Made by a program: the position numbers and the translations under genes | Virus record (IMG/VR): IMGVR_UViG_3300027509_000003 | Origin: a virus | Reading direction: 5' to 3' (one strand) | Length of the DNA stretch: 55,666 bases | In this document: positions 34,374 through 42,817 of the stretch, in pieces | How the letters are laid out: each line of letters starts with the position of its first letter | How positions within the stretch are numbered: position 1 is the stretch's first letter | The notes under the pieces: generated by a model | Told to the model about the DNA's origin: nothing | The model's database searches: none | The model's input: only the letters and a program-made list of their open reading frames with translations

Positions 34374-34894
34374 TTCGGGAGAGAACCAAGTTCATCTCTG
34401 GTGATGTACCACCGCCTCAACCGCATCGGCAGATCCAAAATGACGGTCCCGTAGTCATGGCACACCACCCGCCCCTTGAGCATCCCGAAATTCTCGGCCT
34501 TGATGTCTGTGAGGAACGCCGGCAGCCGCTCCGGGATCTGAGCCCTGACAATCGGGGCGGTGCGAGCCATGACCAGTTCCCGGGCGTCATCGGACATCCA
34601 CAGGACCGGCGCCAGCCAGTCTTTCGGGCCGGGGATCGTCCATGACCGGTGATGGTCCCATATCCGGTTTTCGATGATGTTCTGGGTCGGGGGTTCACCG
34701 TCATGGGTGATCTTGATTACCAGGTCGCGGCGACCCCGGAAGGCGTACACGGCCCGGCTGATACCGGAGTTGACGTGCTCGCCCATGTCCCCGACGCCGA
34801 TCTGGCCGTCACCGCTCAGGCGTCCGGGGATCGTGAAGTTCTGTTCTGTGGTTGTCATGGGTGTTGTCCTTGGGTTGTTGTCACCCGCCACCAT
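34349..34894 (-). CDS. Minimal protein-kinase-like protein
   Basis: 181 aa (alternative ATG 34858 with AAGGA upstream). Has a VAIK-like DLVIKI, a catalytic-loop-like LTDIKAENFG (compare HRDLKPEN) and a DFG-like VCHDYG. It ends about 40 aa after DYG, so there is no full C-lobe. Confidence 0.5.
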   Translation of the reverse strand: MVAGDNNPRTTPMTTTEQNFTIPGRLSGDGQIGVGDMGEHVNSGISRAVYAFRGRRDLVIKITHDGEPPTQNIIENRIWDHHRSWTIPGPKDWLAPVLWMSDDARELVMARTAPIVRAQIPERLPAFLTDIKAENFGMLKGRVVCHDYGTVILDLPMRLRRWYITRDELGSLPKWAVDRLA

Positions 34895-34900
34895 ACGCGC

Positions 34901-36394
34901 TCATGTGGCCCCGAACGCCTGGTCGACGATCGACGACCCCGGGATCGATGATCCCGTACCGTTCCCGCCGATCAGGTCCGCCGGCTCAATATCGAGCAGC
35001 CACGTCACCAGGTGCACCATCGCGTCCAACCGGTTGGGGCTGTCCTTGTCGTCAGCCTCCCAGTCGCACATTTCGCCTTCGAGTTCTTTGAGGTTGTCGC
35101 CGACCAGGTGGACCCGCGCAGGAAGCTTGGTGAACGGTTCTGGGTAGAACAGGTTAGCGACCGGTGACGCCCGAAGGTACTTCCCGATGCGGGCGTGCAC
35201 CGGGAAAAACCGGCCTTTGAACCCGGCGGCGGCCAACGGCGCCCGCACATCGTCGCCTTTCCCGTCGCGGGTCGCTTCGCCGATGATGACGCTGGTCCCG
35301 TAATGCAACCCGGCGATCATCGCTACCGGCGCCCATTCATGGGACCGGCCGAGCATCGAGTAGTCAGCAAATATGTAGGCGTGCCGTCTGCCGGCCGGGT
35401 CGTTCTCTCCGTTGTCGCGCCCGCCGGCGATGATGCCGGTGGCGTCGCCTTTCCCGGACCAGGCCGGGTCAATACTGATCGCCCGGACCGGTAGATCAGC
35501 AGGGCGGATGTCATAAACACGGGTCGCGTCGATCAGCTGAGACGTCCACAACGCCCCAGGTTTGTCTTCTAGGGCGTCCCAGTCGCCTTCGCGCATCGCT
35601 TTGCGGCGTCCCCGGTCACTGATCGAAGCGAGCTTCGACGCGTAAGTTGGGTCGTTCGCCATCAGGATGGCGTTGTCCTCGAGCAGCGCCGGGACGTACA
35701 CGCGCAGCGGCGGATCTGGGCGATCCGTTGTCGGGGTTTCCCTCCACACGACCATCGGGGCCGGCGCCGGCCCGGCCGGGTCATGGACACCAGCCGCCGG
35801 GCGGACGTACTCGCCTTTGATGTAGTCGTGAGACACGCCACCGGGGTTCGTGGTGAGCACGATCTTCGGGCGGATCTTCGTGCCGACCGGGGACCGGGCA
35901 CGGTTCCTGAGTTCCTCGAGCTGGGTGGCGGTGAACTCGGTTGCCTCTTCGAACCCGATGAACCCGTAGCTGATGCCCTGGTGGGCTTTCCAATCGTTCG
36001 GGTCTTTCATGTGGCTGAGGAGCAGCTTCGACCCGTTCGGGAAGATGTATTGCTTTTTGCCGGCGGACCACACCGCCCGCGGGGTCGGGCCGTCGATCCC
36101 CAACATCAGATCAATCAGGTTCTTGACCGTGTGCTCCAACGATTTGAAGTAGCGGCGGAACAGGATCCCGAAGTTGTTCGGGTGGCGTTCCATCTGGTGG
36201 ATCGCGGTGGCGGATAGCCACCAGGTCTTCCCGCCGCCGGCGGCGCCGCCGTACAGGATCTCATCGGCTTGGGGGAGCAGTTCAGCGGCTTGGCGCTGTT
36301 TCGGTTGGAGGCCTTCGAGGTATCGGGTGTCCAGGCGGGCGCGGCGTTCGAGCTCAGCGGCGTAGACAGCTAGCTCAGCGGCAGGTTCTGGCAC
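34901..36394 (-). CDS. terL: Terminase large subunit
   Basis: 497 aa (GTG start). Walker A YGGAAGGGKT, Walker B YGFIGFEEATEF, and a C-terminal RNaseH-like nuclease segment ISIDPAWSGKGDATGI. Confidence 0.85.
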   Translation of the reverse strand: MPEPAAELAVYAAELERRARLDTRYLEGLQPKQRQAAELLPQADEILYGGAAGGGKTWWLSATAIHQMERHPNNFGILFRRYFKSLEHTVKNLIDLMLGIDGPTPRAVWSAGKKQYIFPNGSKLLLSHMKDPNDWKAHQGISYGFIGFEEATEFTATQLEELRNRARSPVGTKIRPKIVLTTNPGGVSHDYIKGEYVRPAAGVHDPAGPAPAPMVVWRETPTTDRPDPPLRVYVPALLEDNAILMANDPTYASKLASISDRGRRKAMREGDWDALEDKPGALWTSQLIDATRVYDIRPADLPVRAISIDPAWSGKGDATGIIAGGRDNGENDPAGRRHAYIFADYSMLGRSHEWAPVAMIAGLHYGTSVIIGEATRDGKGDDVRAPLAAAGFKGRFFPVHARIGKYLRASPVANLFYPEPFTKLPARVHLVGDNLKELEGEMCDWEADDKDSPNRLDAMVHLVTWLLDIEPADLIGGNGTGSSIPGSSIVDQAFGAT

Positions 36395-36440
36395 AGGGCC
36401 GCCACGATAGTGGCCGCACGGTTCTACCCCCGAGCGGCGG

Positions 36441-37016
36441 TTACCCGTTCTGCGCTTTGCGTCTCGCTGTCAGATCGACCACGCCGGCCGCTGCGGCGGC
36501 GGCTTGGGCGTTCGCCCACAGTTCGGCGTCGGATAGCTGTACGGCGGCCCCAGCGGCCGTACCGTCGACGCCTGGCGCCGGGCCGGCGGCGGGTGGTTCC
36601 TCGGCGATGACGCCGGCGGACAGCTTCAACGCTTTGTCAGACAGGATCGCGAACGCGATAGCGATGTCTTTCATCGCCCGAGGGTCTTTGGCCATATCCG
36701 CAGGGTTGAGGAGTTGCACCGCTTTGCGGATCTGCGCTCGTAGCTCAGCTGCGGTGACCGATGTGTTGTGGGCTTCGGCGGCGTGGATCCGGAGCAGGTT
36801 TGTGCGGGCCCGGGTGCGGGCTGTTTCGTGTTCGGCGGCGACCGATTCGGCCTGCTCGGTTTCCCAGTCGATGCCGGCGGTTTCCCATTGTTGTTTCCAT
36901 CGGCTGATCGTGGACCGTGACACCCCGCACGCTTCCGCGGTCGATTTGATCGATCCGCCATCCCGGATCATCTGCAGCGCTTTGACCTGGTCCGGGGGGA
37001 GCGCCTTGTCACTCAT
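36441..37016 (-). CDS. terS: Terminase small subunit (HTH type), putative
   Basis: 191 aa from ATG 37016. N-terminal HTH GGSIKSTAEACGVSRSTISRWKQQW. Directly upstream of terL. Confidence 0.6.
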   Translation of the reverse strand: MSDKALPPDQVKALQMIRDGGSIKSTAEACGVSRSTISRWKQQWETAGIDWETEQAESVAAEHETARTRARTNLLRIHAAEAHNTSVTAAELRAQIRKAVQLLNPADMAKDPRAMKDIAIAFAILSDKALKLSAGVIAEEPPAAGPAPGVDGTAAGAAVQLSDAELWANAQAAAAAAGVVDLTARRKAQNG

Positions 37017-37356
37017 CGCCGAGGCCGAGATCAAGTGGTGGCCGCATGAATGGGTCGTAGTCCAAGTGTGACGGGATGATCGTTGTCCTGATGCCGGTGG
37101 GTCCGACCTCGAGGGGGACCCGGGTGGCGGTGGGTCCCCTCACGGTGAACATCGCCATCGGGGGACCGTGAGCTCCGGTCTTCGATGTAGATGTCAGCGG
37201 CTCCATGAACAGGTCACCGACGCTGCCGAACGGGTGGTCGCAGTGATGAACGATCCCTTCGGTGACGGTCACGTGGGTGACGATCGTGCCGGCGGTTTGG
37301 GGCGTGTCGCACACCGGGCACGTCAGCTCGAAGTCTTCCCACTGCACACCCGTCAT
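37009..37356 (-). CDS. Hypothetical protein with CxxC and HHCDH
   Basis: 115 aa with an ATGA overlap upstream. Contains CPVCDT and VHHCDHP. Not a convincing HNH. Confidence 0.55.
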   Translation of the reverse strand: MTGVQWEDFELTCPVCDTPQTAGTIVTHVTVTEGIVHHCDHPFGSVGDLFMEPLTSTSKTGAHGPPMAMFTVRGPTATRVPLEVGPTGIRTTIIPSHLDYDPFMRPPLDLGLGDE

Positions 37357-38843
37357 GGATGCACTTTCTTTGGGGTCTCGTCGATGTACTGAGCTACCCG
37401 CTCAATTGATATGTCGGCGTATGTGGGCGATATCTCCATCCCCATGCCGATCCGCCCATGGGCTGCAGCAGCGACAACCGTGGATCCAGAACCGACAAAC
37501 GGGTCATATACGGCGTCGCCCTCGTCGGTGTATGCCATCACAAAAAACTCCGGTAGTCCGACAGGGAACGCGGCGCTGTGTCCTGTCGATTTGTGGGACC
37601 CGGAGAATGTGGGCAGCCTGTTGCCCGGGTATGCCATCCCTTTTTTGATGTATTCGCCTGGCGCAACGTTTTGGCCTTGCACATCAGACATCGTTGACGA
37701 CGTACCGTTAATGTGCTTTTTCGCTCCGAACATCTGGCCATTGCCACCTTGATTATCTGCCCAGGTGGTGGCCCCCACGCCAGGACCGCCGGCAACTGGC
37801 ACATTGTCTGATTGGTGGCGGACATTGTCTGGTCTCATTTTGAACTCGCCGCGCGAAAAGTGGTAGATCGGCTCGAACTGGTTTTTGAACCGTCGGCCGA
37901 CACTCTTAGGCATCCCTATGCGTTCCCAACAAAACTCCGTCACCCAGTGCCAACCCCACAACCTCGCGTGAGCCAACACCAGATCCATCACGTAGAGATC
38001 ACTGTCCAGGCCTTCGCAGCTCGGTTTGATGTTCACAAACCATGACGCGTCGCCAGCCATAACATCCGAAACGTTCGCGGCTATCGGAGAGAACCAATCG
38101 ACGTATTGGTCAGGGTGGATCGGCACAAATCCGCTAGTCGGGTCGTACTTGCGGCGATCAGCGTATGGAGGAGACGTGAATGCCATGTTGACATCGCGCC
38201 CGTCAGTCAACAACCGCACATGGTCGATATCAGATGCGTCTCCGATCATGATGCGGTGCGGGCCTATCTCCCATACATCCCCGAGGGATGATCTGGTCGG
38301 TGCGTCAAAGTTGATTGCCCCCTCTGGTTCCATGGTGTCTGAGGACGTGTCATCGATATCGATGATCTCCATGGATTCTTCTATGGTGAACCCGGTTGAT
38401 TCGATCAGTTCTGGCGAGTACTCGATCACGTCTGCCAGCGCTGCCCCCAACATTTCCGTGTCGTATGTGCCGAGTTGGCTCGTCCTGTTGTCTGCCAACG
38501 CGAACGCTGCGGATTCTTCCGCGGTCATGTCGTCAGCGTCGACGACGGCCATGTGAGACCATTCAAGCTTCTCTACTGCCATGCGTTGGTGGTTGCCGGC
38601 TTGGATCACTGGGTTGCCGTCTGAGTCTTTCCGGGTCACCACAGGCCGGCGTTGGCCAAACGTTTTATATGATTTGGCGACTGCTTCGACATCGCCGCGG
38701 CGCGGGTTCCCCGGTAGCTGCCACAGGTCGACGATGGGTTGAAGCATCGGGACCAGGGCGGCGGGCCCCCACCATTCCTCGTTTTTGTTGCGGGTCCATC
38801 GGCGTGGCTGGTCGGGGTCTTGCACCCATTTCTTGCGCGGCAT
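37353..38843 (-). CDS. ParB-domain-fused DNA methyltransferase (beta-class N6_N4 family, SPPY motif IV suggesting N4-cytosine)
   Basis: 496 aa from ATG 38843. ParB-like N-terminus (LPGNPRRGD..FGQRRPVV..IQAGNHQRMAVEKL), motif IV MAFTSPPYADRR, and motif I VYDPFVGSGSTVVAAAAHGR near the C-terminus. Looks visibly less GC-rich than its surroundings. Confidence 0.75.
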   Translation of the reverse strand: MPRKKWVQDPDQPRRWTRNKNEEWWGPAALVPMLQPIVDLWQLPGNPRRGDVEAVAKSYKTFGQRRPVVTRKDSDGNPVIQAGNHQRMAVEKLEWSHMAVVDADDMTAEESAAFALADNRTSQLGTYDTEMLGAALADVIEYSPELIESTGFTIEESMEIIDIDDTSSDTMEPEGAINFDAPTRSSLGDVWEIGPHRIMIGDASDIDHVRLLTDGRDVNMAFTSPPYADRRKYDPTSGFVPIHPDQYVDWFSPIAANVSDVMAGDASWFVNIKPSCEGLDSDLYVMDLVLAHARLWGWHWVTEFCWERIGMPKSVGRRFKNQFEPIYHFSRGEFKMRPDNVRHQSDNVPVAGGPGVGATTWADNQGGNGQMFGAKKHINGTSSTMSDVQGQNVAPGEYIKKGMAYPGNRLPTFSGSHKSTGHSAAFPVGLPEFFVMAYTDEGDAVYDPFVGSGSTVVAAAAHGRIGMGMEISPTYADISIERVAQYIDETPKKVHP

Positions 38844-39082
38844 CAGCGATCGCGGCGGATCGGCGGGCCCTCGGCAGGAGCGTCCGGACCGACCCTGGTC
38901 GCGGTGTAGATCCACCGGCCGGTGTCACCGAAGTCGACGCCCTCACGGAACGTCGCCCGGTACTCGGTGGTGTCGACAACGCGACCGACGAAGACCCCGT
39001 TGATGAGGCCACCCTGGGCGCGTCTCGCCGCGGTCATTTCTGCCAGTTCGGCGACGGCATCCGTGTCTATCCGGACGATCAT
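38843..39082 (-). CDS. Hypothetical protein
   Basis: 79 aa. ATGA overlap upstream and TGATG overlap downstream. Confidence 0.55.
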   Translation of the reverse strand: MIVRIDTDAVAELAEMTAARRAQGGLINGVFVGRVVDTTEYRATFREGVDFGDTGRWIYTATRVGPDAPAEGPPIRRDR

Positions 39083-40011
39083 GCTGCGGTCGCTATGCGG
39101 GTAGACCCTGGTGCGTAGATTTCGATTTCGGCGGCGGCGTCAGCGAAACTGATGCGGCGGACCGTCGCCCACCCGATGATGAATCCGCGCACGTTCTCGA
39201 TGTGGCGGTGCACGCCGGCGAACGTCCGGAACGAAGCGAACGTCAGGCAGGTCAGGACAATGGTTTGCATGGCCACGTCCAGCGGCAACCGGTACGTAGA
39301 CCCGTCATTGCTCACTGAGCTGCTGTATTTAGCCCGCATGAGCGGTTGAGTGAACAGCTGGATCAGGGACGCGGCCGTTGCTCCTGCGATCCCGCCGTGC
39401 CCGGCCGGGTCGCCGCCGTGGCCGGGTGCGCCCTCGGTGTAGTGGGTCATGTTGAACCCCCACCATTCCTCAGCGCGGACCACCCAGTCGCGCCACTTCA
39501 TCCGGAATATGACCTGGATCGCCCGGACGATGTGCCAGCCGACGTACATCACGGGCCAGATCGTCGCGCCGATGAAATCGATGGACCCGTTGGTCGCCCA
39601 CCCGAACCGTTCCGGGGTCCGATAGTTGATCCCTTGACCGGTGAGCCATTGGAGCAACACGAGCAGGAGCATGAACGGGTGATCCATCCGGACGGTCTGC
39701 GCGCATTTCGGGCCCGATAGTTGCCCGTCATCATCCAGGCAGTGGTCTGCGAGCGGTGGCATTGCGTGGGCGGGGAGGCCGTGGCGGGCCATGAACTCTG
39801 CCGGGAACTGATATTGCGCTTCGGTGGATACCGCCAACACCTCATCCATTTGGGCTTCGAACTCTGGGGAGTCAGCGGGTGTGGTCGGCGGGGCTTTTAA
39901 CCATCGTGGCTCGCCGACGATCTTCATCACGTTCACGAACGGTTTCTTGTTGAAGACTTTGGGGCGGGGTGGGCGGGGTTGGCTGGCGGTGGTGTTGTCG
40001 TTTGGGGTCAT
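39079..40011 (-). CDS. Integral membrane protein
   Basis: 310 aa from ATG 40011 (MTPNDNTTAS). Several hydrophobic segments (FMLLLVLLQWLTG, FIGATIWPVMYVGWHIV, AMQTIVLTCLTFASF). The start is preceded by the repeated hairpin cassette. Confidence 0.6.
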   Translation of the reverse strand: MTPNDNTTASQPRPPRPKVFNKKPFVNVMKIVGEPRWLKAPPTTPADSPEFEAQMDEVLAVSTEAQYQFPAEFMARHGLPAHAMPPLADHCLDDDGQLSGPKCAQTVRMDHPFMLLLVLLQWLTGQGINYRTPERFGWATNGSIDFIGATIWPVMYVGWHIVRAIQVIFRMKWRDWVVRAEEWWGFNMTHYTEGAPGHGGDPAGHGGIAGATAASLIQLFTQPLMRAKYSSSVSNDGSTYRLPLDVAMQTIVLTCLTFASFRTFAGVHRHIENVRGFIIGWATVRRISFADAAAEIEIYAPGSTRIATAA

Positions 40012-40106
40012 GGGTTCGGATGTTAGCGGCCGGTGTGGGCTGGGACGCGAAACACCCCCCGGCTGGGAACCTGAGCCGGGGGGTGCTGCGGGGGGGGTGG
40101 GGGGGG
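40012..40106 (-). repeat. Hairpin cassette copy 1 (C-tracts, 12-bp GC hairpin, TAACAT box 8 nt before the ATG)
   Basis: Stem CACCCCCCGGCT/AGCCGGGGGGTG at 40053-40085 with a 9-nt loop. A 60-plus-nt block is identical to the copy at 40772-40866. TAACAT is at 40020-40025 (minus strand). Confidence 0.8.
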
Positions 40107-40319
40107 TTAGTAGTGCCATTCGTTCAGCCACGATTGGTGACACCCCGAGCACAGGTCTCCTTCGCCCATGGTTTCGGTGTACCAGCCGCTGTCATGGGCC
40201 AGGAACGAGGCTTCGGCCGTGTCGCCGTCAGTGTCGAAACTGATCGTGGTTTCGCATCCGCTGTTTTCGCAGTGCAGGGTTACTACGGGGTTGGTCTTGG
40301 TGGCTGTGGTGTTGTCCAT
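40107..40319 (-). CDS. Small Cys-containing protein (MDN start)
   Basis: 70 aa. Has CENSGC and CSGC pairs (zinc-ribbon-like). The ATG lies 6 nt after a TATACT box. Confidence 0.6.
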   Translation of the reverse strand: MDNTTATKTNPVVTLHCENSGCETTISFDTDGDTAEASFLAHDSGWYTETMGEGDLCSGCHQSWLNEWHY

Positions 40320-40354
40320 AACCCCAGTATACGGGGGGTTATATGGGGTTGCAA
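40320..40354 (-). promoter_or_regulatory. Leaderless promoter TTGCAA-N17-TATACT-N6-ATG
   Basis: The minus strand reads TTGCAACCCCATATAACCCCCCGTATACTGGGGTTATG. -35 at 40349-40354, -10 at 40326-40331. Confidence 0.65.
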
Positions 40355-40355
40355 G

Positions 40356-40553
40356 TTATGGGGTGCGGTTCGGTTCCCATGACGCCGGCGCCAACCGCAC
40401 AACCTCAGCCGATGCCAGGACCGGGATGATGTGGAAAGCGTAGTGCCGGACGCCGCTGGCGATGTTGCCTCGGGAGTATCCGGCGGCCTGCCATGACTCC
40501 ACCATCTGCCGGATGACAGCGGGATCTGCTCCGGGGATGCGTGGGGCGGTCAC
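40356..40553 (-). CDS. Hypothetical protein
   Basis: 65 aa from GTG 40553 (GTGA overlap). The ORF is open to 40580. Confidence 0.5.
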   Translation of the reverse strand: MTAPRIPGADPAVIRQMVESWQAAGYSRGNIASGVRHYAFHIIPVLASAEVVRLAPASWEPNRTP

Positions 40554-40771
40554 AGGTTCGGGTCCGCTGACTTGACCCACCGGCAGGTGTACACCGCTGC
40601 TTCGGCGGTGAGTAGCCCGATGATCTCAGGGACGCACATGCCGTCACTGGTTTCTGTGACCGTGACGCTGTTCCCGTCATCGGTGGTGACCACCTGGATG
40701 ATGATCTCTTTTTCTACCCACCCGTTCAGGTGATCATCATCTATCCGGCGAGGGAGGGTGTTGTCGCTCAT
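40550..40771 (-). CDS. Hypothetical acidic protein
   Basis: 73 aa from ATG 40771 (MSDNTLPRR). The start is preceded by hairpin cassette copy 2 with identical geometry. Confidence 0.55.
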   Translation of the reverse strand: MSDNTLPRRIDDDHLNGWVEKEIIIQVVTTDDGNSVTVTETSDGMCVPEIIGLLTAEAAVYTCRWVKSADPNL

Positions 40772-40866
40772 CGTTTCGGATGTTAGCTGCATGCGTGGGC
40801 TGGGACGCGAAACACCCCCCGGCTGGGAACCTGAGCCGGGGGGTGCTGCGGGGGGGTGGGGGGGGA
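40772..40866 (-). repeat. Hairpin cassette copy 2
   Basis: Same sequence as 40012-40106, offset by exactly 760 bp. Hairpin at 40813-40845, TAACAT at 40780-40785. The adjacent G-run is 6 long here and 7 long in copy 1. Confidence 0.8.
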
Positions 40867-41307
40867 CTATTTGTGGTTGCCGGAATCGATCAGTTCATCG
40901 ATCAATCGACCCATTTCCCAACAGGCGTCGCTGCGCTGTGCCCACAACCTGTCGACCGTGAACGTCCGGAGATCAACAATCACCGGTTCGTCGTCGCCCA
41001 TGACATACGCCTCGAATGGGCCGAGCGTGCCCTTGCTGGGGTTCGATTCAACCGGTTCGGACCATTCGGCCACATACTGGTCGGTTTCGGTGCCGTCACC
41101 GTCGGTGTGCCGGTAGGCGAAAATTCGGCGGTCGTCGTCGTCACAGATGTTGACTGGTCGAAGGAACCGGGCGAATCGGCGCATGTTCTCAGCGAACCAG
41201 TACTCAGCTTGTTGTTCTGATCCGTCGACACCGACGAAACGGCTGATGAGTCCGTTGTCTTCGGCGAGGTCGTTGGGGGTGGGTGCTGCTTTGGTTTTGT
41301 TGTCCAT
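40867..41307 (-). CDS. Hypothetical acidic protein (MDN start)
   Basis: 146 aa from ATG 41307 (MDNKTKAAPT), which lies 6 nt after a TATAGT box. Confidence 0.6.
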   Translation of the reverse strand: MDNKTKAAPTPNDLAEDNGLISRFVGVDGSEQQAEYWFAENMRRFARFLRPVNICDDDDRRIFAYRHTDGDGTETDQYVAEWSEPVESNPSKGTLGPFEAYVMGDDEPVIVDLRTFTVDRLWAQRSDACWEMGRLIDELIDSGNHK

Positions 41308-41342
41308 ACCCACACTATACGGGGGGTTATAACGGGATGCAA
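41308..41342 (-). promoter_or_regulatory. Leaderless promoter TTGCAT-N17-TATAGT-N6-ATG
   Basis: The minus strand reads TTGCATCCCGTTATAACCCCCCGTATAGTGTGGGTATG. -35 at 41337-41342, -10 at 41314-41319. Confidence 0.65.
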
Positions 41343-41358
41343 ACCCATAACCAGGAAT

Positions 41359-41385
41359 GACGGCCCGCACACATGGCGGGCCGTC
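41359..41385 (-). terminator. Perfect 10-bp hairpin after the ASCH gene
   Basis: GACGGCCCGC-N7-GCGGGCCGTC begins 2 nt after the stop at 41388 and is immediately followed by the promoter at 41308-41342. The U-tract is weak. Confidence 0.5.
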
Positions 41386-41387
41386 GC

Positions 41388-41828
41388 TCAATCGACGGAT
41401 TGTGCCCGCACAGCCCCGATCACGTCATCGTCGGGTATCCACAGCTTCTGACGGCCAGAAGCCCGCACCGGGGCAGGGAGCGGGGTTACGTCGCCTATCT
41501 CCCAATGCCACATGCTGTCGCTGAGTGTTACCGGCTTAATCGCCCACGGGGAACACATTCCGATGCGCTGGCCGGGGCAGTCGTATTCGATGTTAGAACC
41601 ACTGTTGTGACCGCGCAGCTCGTGGGCTCCGGTGATAGTGGCAACAGCAACCACTGCGCTGCGCAGGAAAGGTCCGTTCGCAGAATGGATCATCAGATGG
41701 AACGGAAACTCCAGCGACTTGTAAGGAGGCCAGGATCGGTTTTCTACATTTTTGCCTGCGTAGGTAATCGACCACGCCCACGGCTGCGCGATCGTCAACG
41801 CATACCGCAACAACTGACCCTGGCTCAC
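41388..41828 (-). CDS. ASCH-domain (PUA-like) protein
   Basis: 146 aa from GTG 41828 (GTGA overlap). LTIAQPWAWSITYAGKNVENRSWPP...FHLMIHSA fits the ASCH N-terminal pattern. Confidence 0.5.
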   Translation of the reverse strand: MSQGQLLRYALTIAQPWAWSITYAGKNVENRSWPPYKSLEFPFHLMIHSANGPFLRSAVVAVATITGAHELRGHNSGSNIEYDCPGQRIGMCSPWAIKPVTLSDSMWHWEIGDVTPLPAPVRASGRQKLWIPDDDVIGAVRAQSVD

Positions 41829-42019
41829 GAAACGAGGATCTCCGCGGCAGCTTTCTTCGATGGCTGCCATCCGGCTGCGGTGCAACCGTCGGGAGTGATG
41901 GGGTTCCACCGGTCGCCGAGCGGGTCGCGGACGACGCTGCCCACGTGCTCGTCGTCGCTGTCGTAGACGTCGTAATGGTCTTGTTCTGTGCGTACCAGTC
42001 TGGCTTTGGGCATTGTCAT
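41825..42019 (-). CDS. Hypothetical protein
   Basis: 64 aa with a strong AAGGAG 5 nt upstream of ATG 42019. Confidence 0.6.
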   Translation of the reverse strand: MTMPKARLVRTEQDHYDVYDSDDEHVGSVVRDPLGDRWNPITPDGCTAAGWQPSKKAAAEILVS

Positions 42020-42075
42020 TTCTCCTTGTTTGTTGAGTGTTCACCGCTCCTGCCTCGGCTGAGCGGGCCAGAGCA

Positions 42076-42312
42076 TCAATCATCTCGCTCACAGCGTGAT
42101 CCCATCCTTCGTCGGTCCAGAATCTTCTTGATTGCTGTGTGGCTGAGTTCTGTTGCTTCGGCGATCTGTCGGAGTGACGCTCCCTCATTGCGAGCGATCA
42201 GGACGGCATTATCTCTCCGGAGGCGCCACTCTTCGACCTTTTGGCGGGAGCGGCGTGCAGTGATCTCAACGATCTTCAACGCATCCTGGAGGCTTTGGGG
42301 TTGGGCGGTCAT
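42076..42312 (-). CDS. Small HTH DNA-binding protein
   Basis: 78 aa from ATG 42312 (ATGA overlap). The HTH is ASLRQIAEATELSHTAIKKIL. Confidence 0.55.
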   Translation of the reverse strand: MTAQPQSLQDALKIVEITARRSRQKVEEWRLRRDNAVLIARNEGASLRQIAEATELSHTAIKKILDRRRMGSRCERDD

Positions 42313-42572
42313 GGTGCGGTCCCATCCGGGTCGATTCCCGTTGCACCACATGTGCCGCAATCCCTGCCACCGAGCATTCCGCGTCCGTCGCAGTCAAGGC
42401 ATTCAACGGCTCCAACGGGTGAGGTGTCCACATCGTCGTGGGCAGGGTCATCGACCGGGATTCGTTGCAGGTCAGCTTCGAGTGCTGCCCATTCGGGGTG
42501 GTTGGGATCGTCGCGCATCTCGGCTGCAGTGCGACGTACTCGCTTTGCCCATCCCTGCACCTCGGCGGTCAT
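42309..42572 (-). CDS. DnaJ-type zinc-finger protein
   Basis: 87 aa from ATG 42572. Has two CxxCxGxG units, CLDCDGRG and CGTCGATG. Confidence 0.55.
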   Translation of the reverse strand: MTAEVQGWAKRVRRTAAEMRDDPNHPEWAALEADLQRIPVDDPAHDDVDTSPVGAVECLDCDGRGMLGGRDCGTCGATGIDPDGTAP

Positions 42573-42817
42573 GGTGTGCTCCCATCGGCCAACGCTTGAT
42601 CCCACTTGGACAGCACTGCAGCAGTAGCCCGCAAACGGTGACGCTTCTTCTCGACGGACGCTCCCGGGCGCATCGCCTTGCCCAGAATCCATCCGACCAG
42701 CCAGAACCATTCGGCCTCACTTTTGGATTTGTCGTGCTCGTCGGTCCATCGAGTTGATTGATACTCGGCTTCCTCTTGCGCGTCAGCCCAGAAGTCGCGC
42801 GTGACCGGAGCAGTCAT
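42569..42817 (-). CDS. Hypothetical protein
   Basis: 82 aa with ATGA overlaps at both ends. Trp-rich (EAEWFWLVGWILGK). Confidence 0.55.
   Translation of the reverse strand: MTAPVTRDFWADAQEEAEYQSTRWTDEHDKSKSEAEWFWLVGWILGKAMRPGASVEKKRHRLRATAAVLSKWDQALADGSTP

Noticed and set aside
37009-37356. Possible HNH endonuclease next to the terminase genes (CPVC and HHCDH).
   Set aside because: The spacing and residues do not match the HNH beta-beta-alpha-metal motif (there is no H-N-H triad with flanking CxxC pairs). Left as hypothetical.
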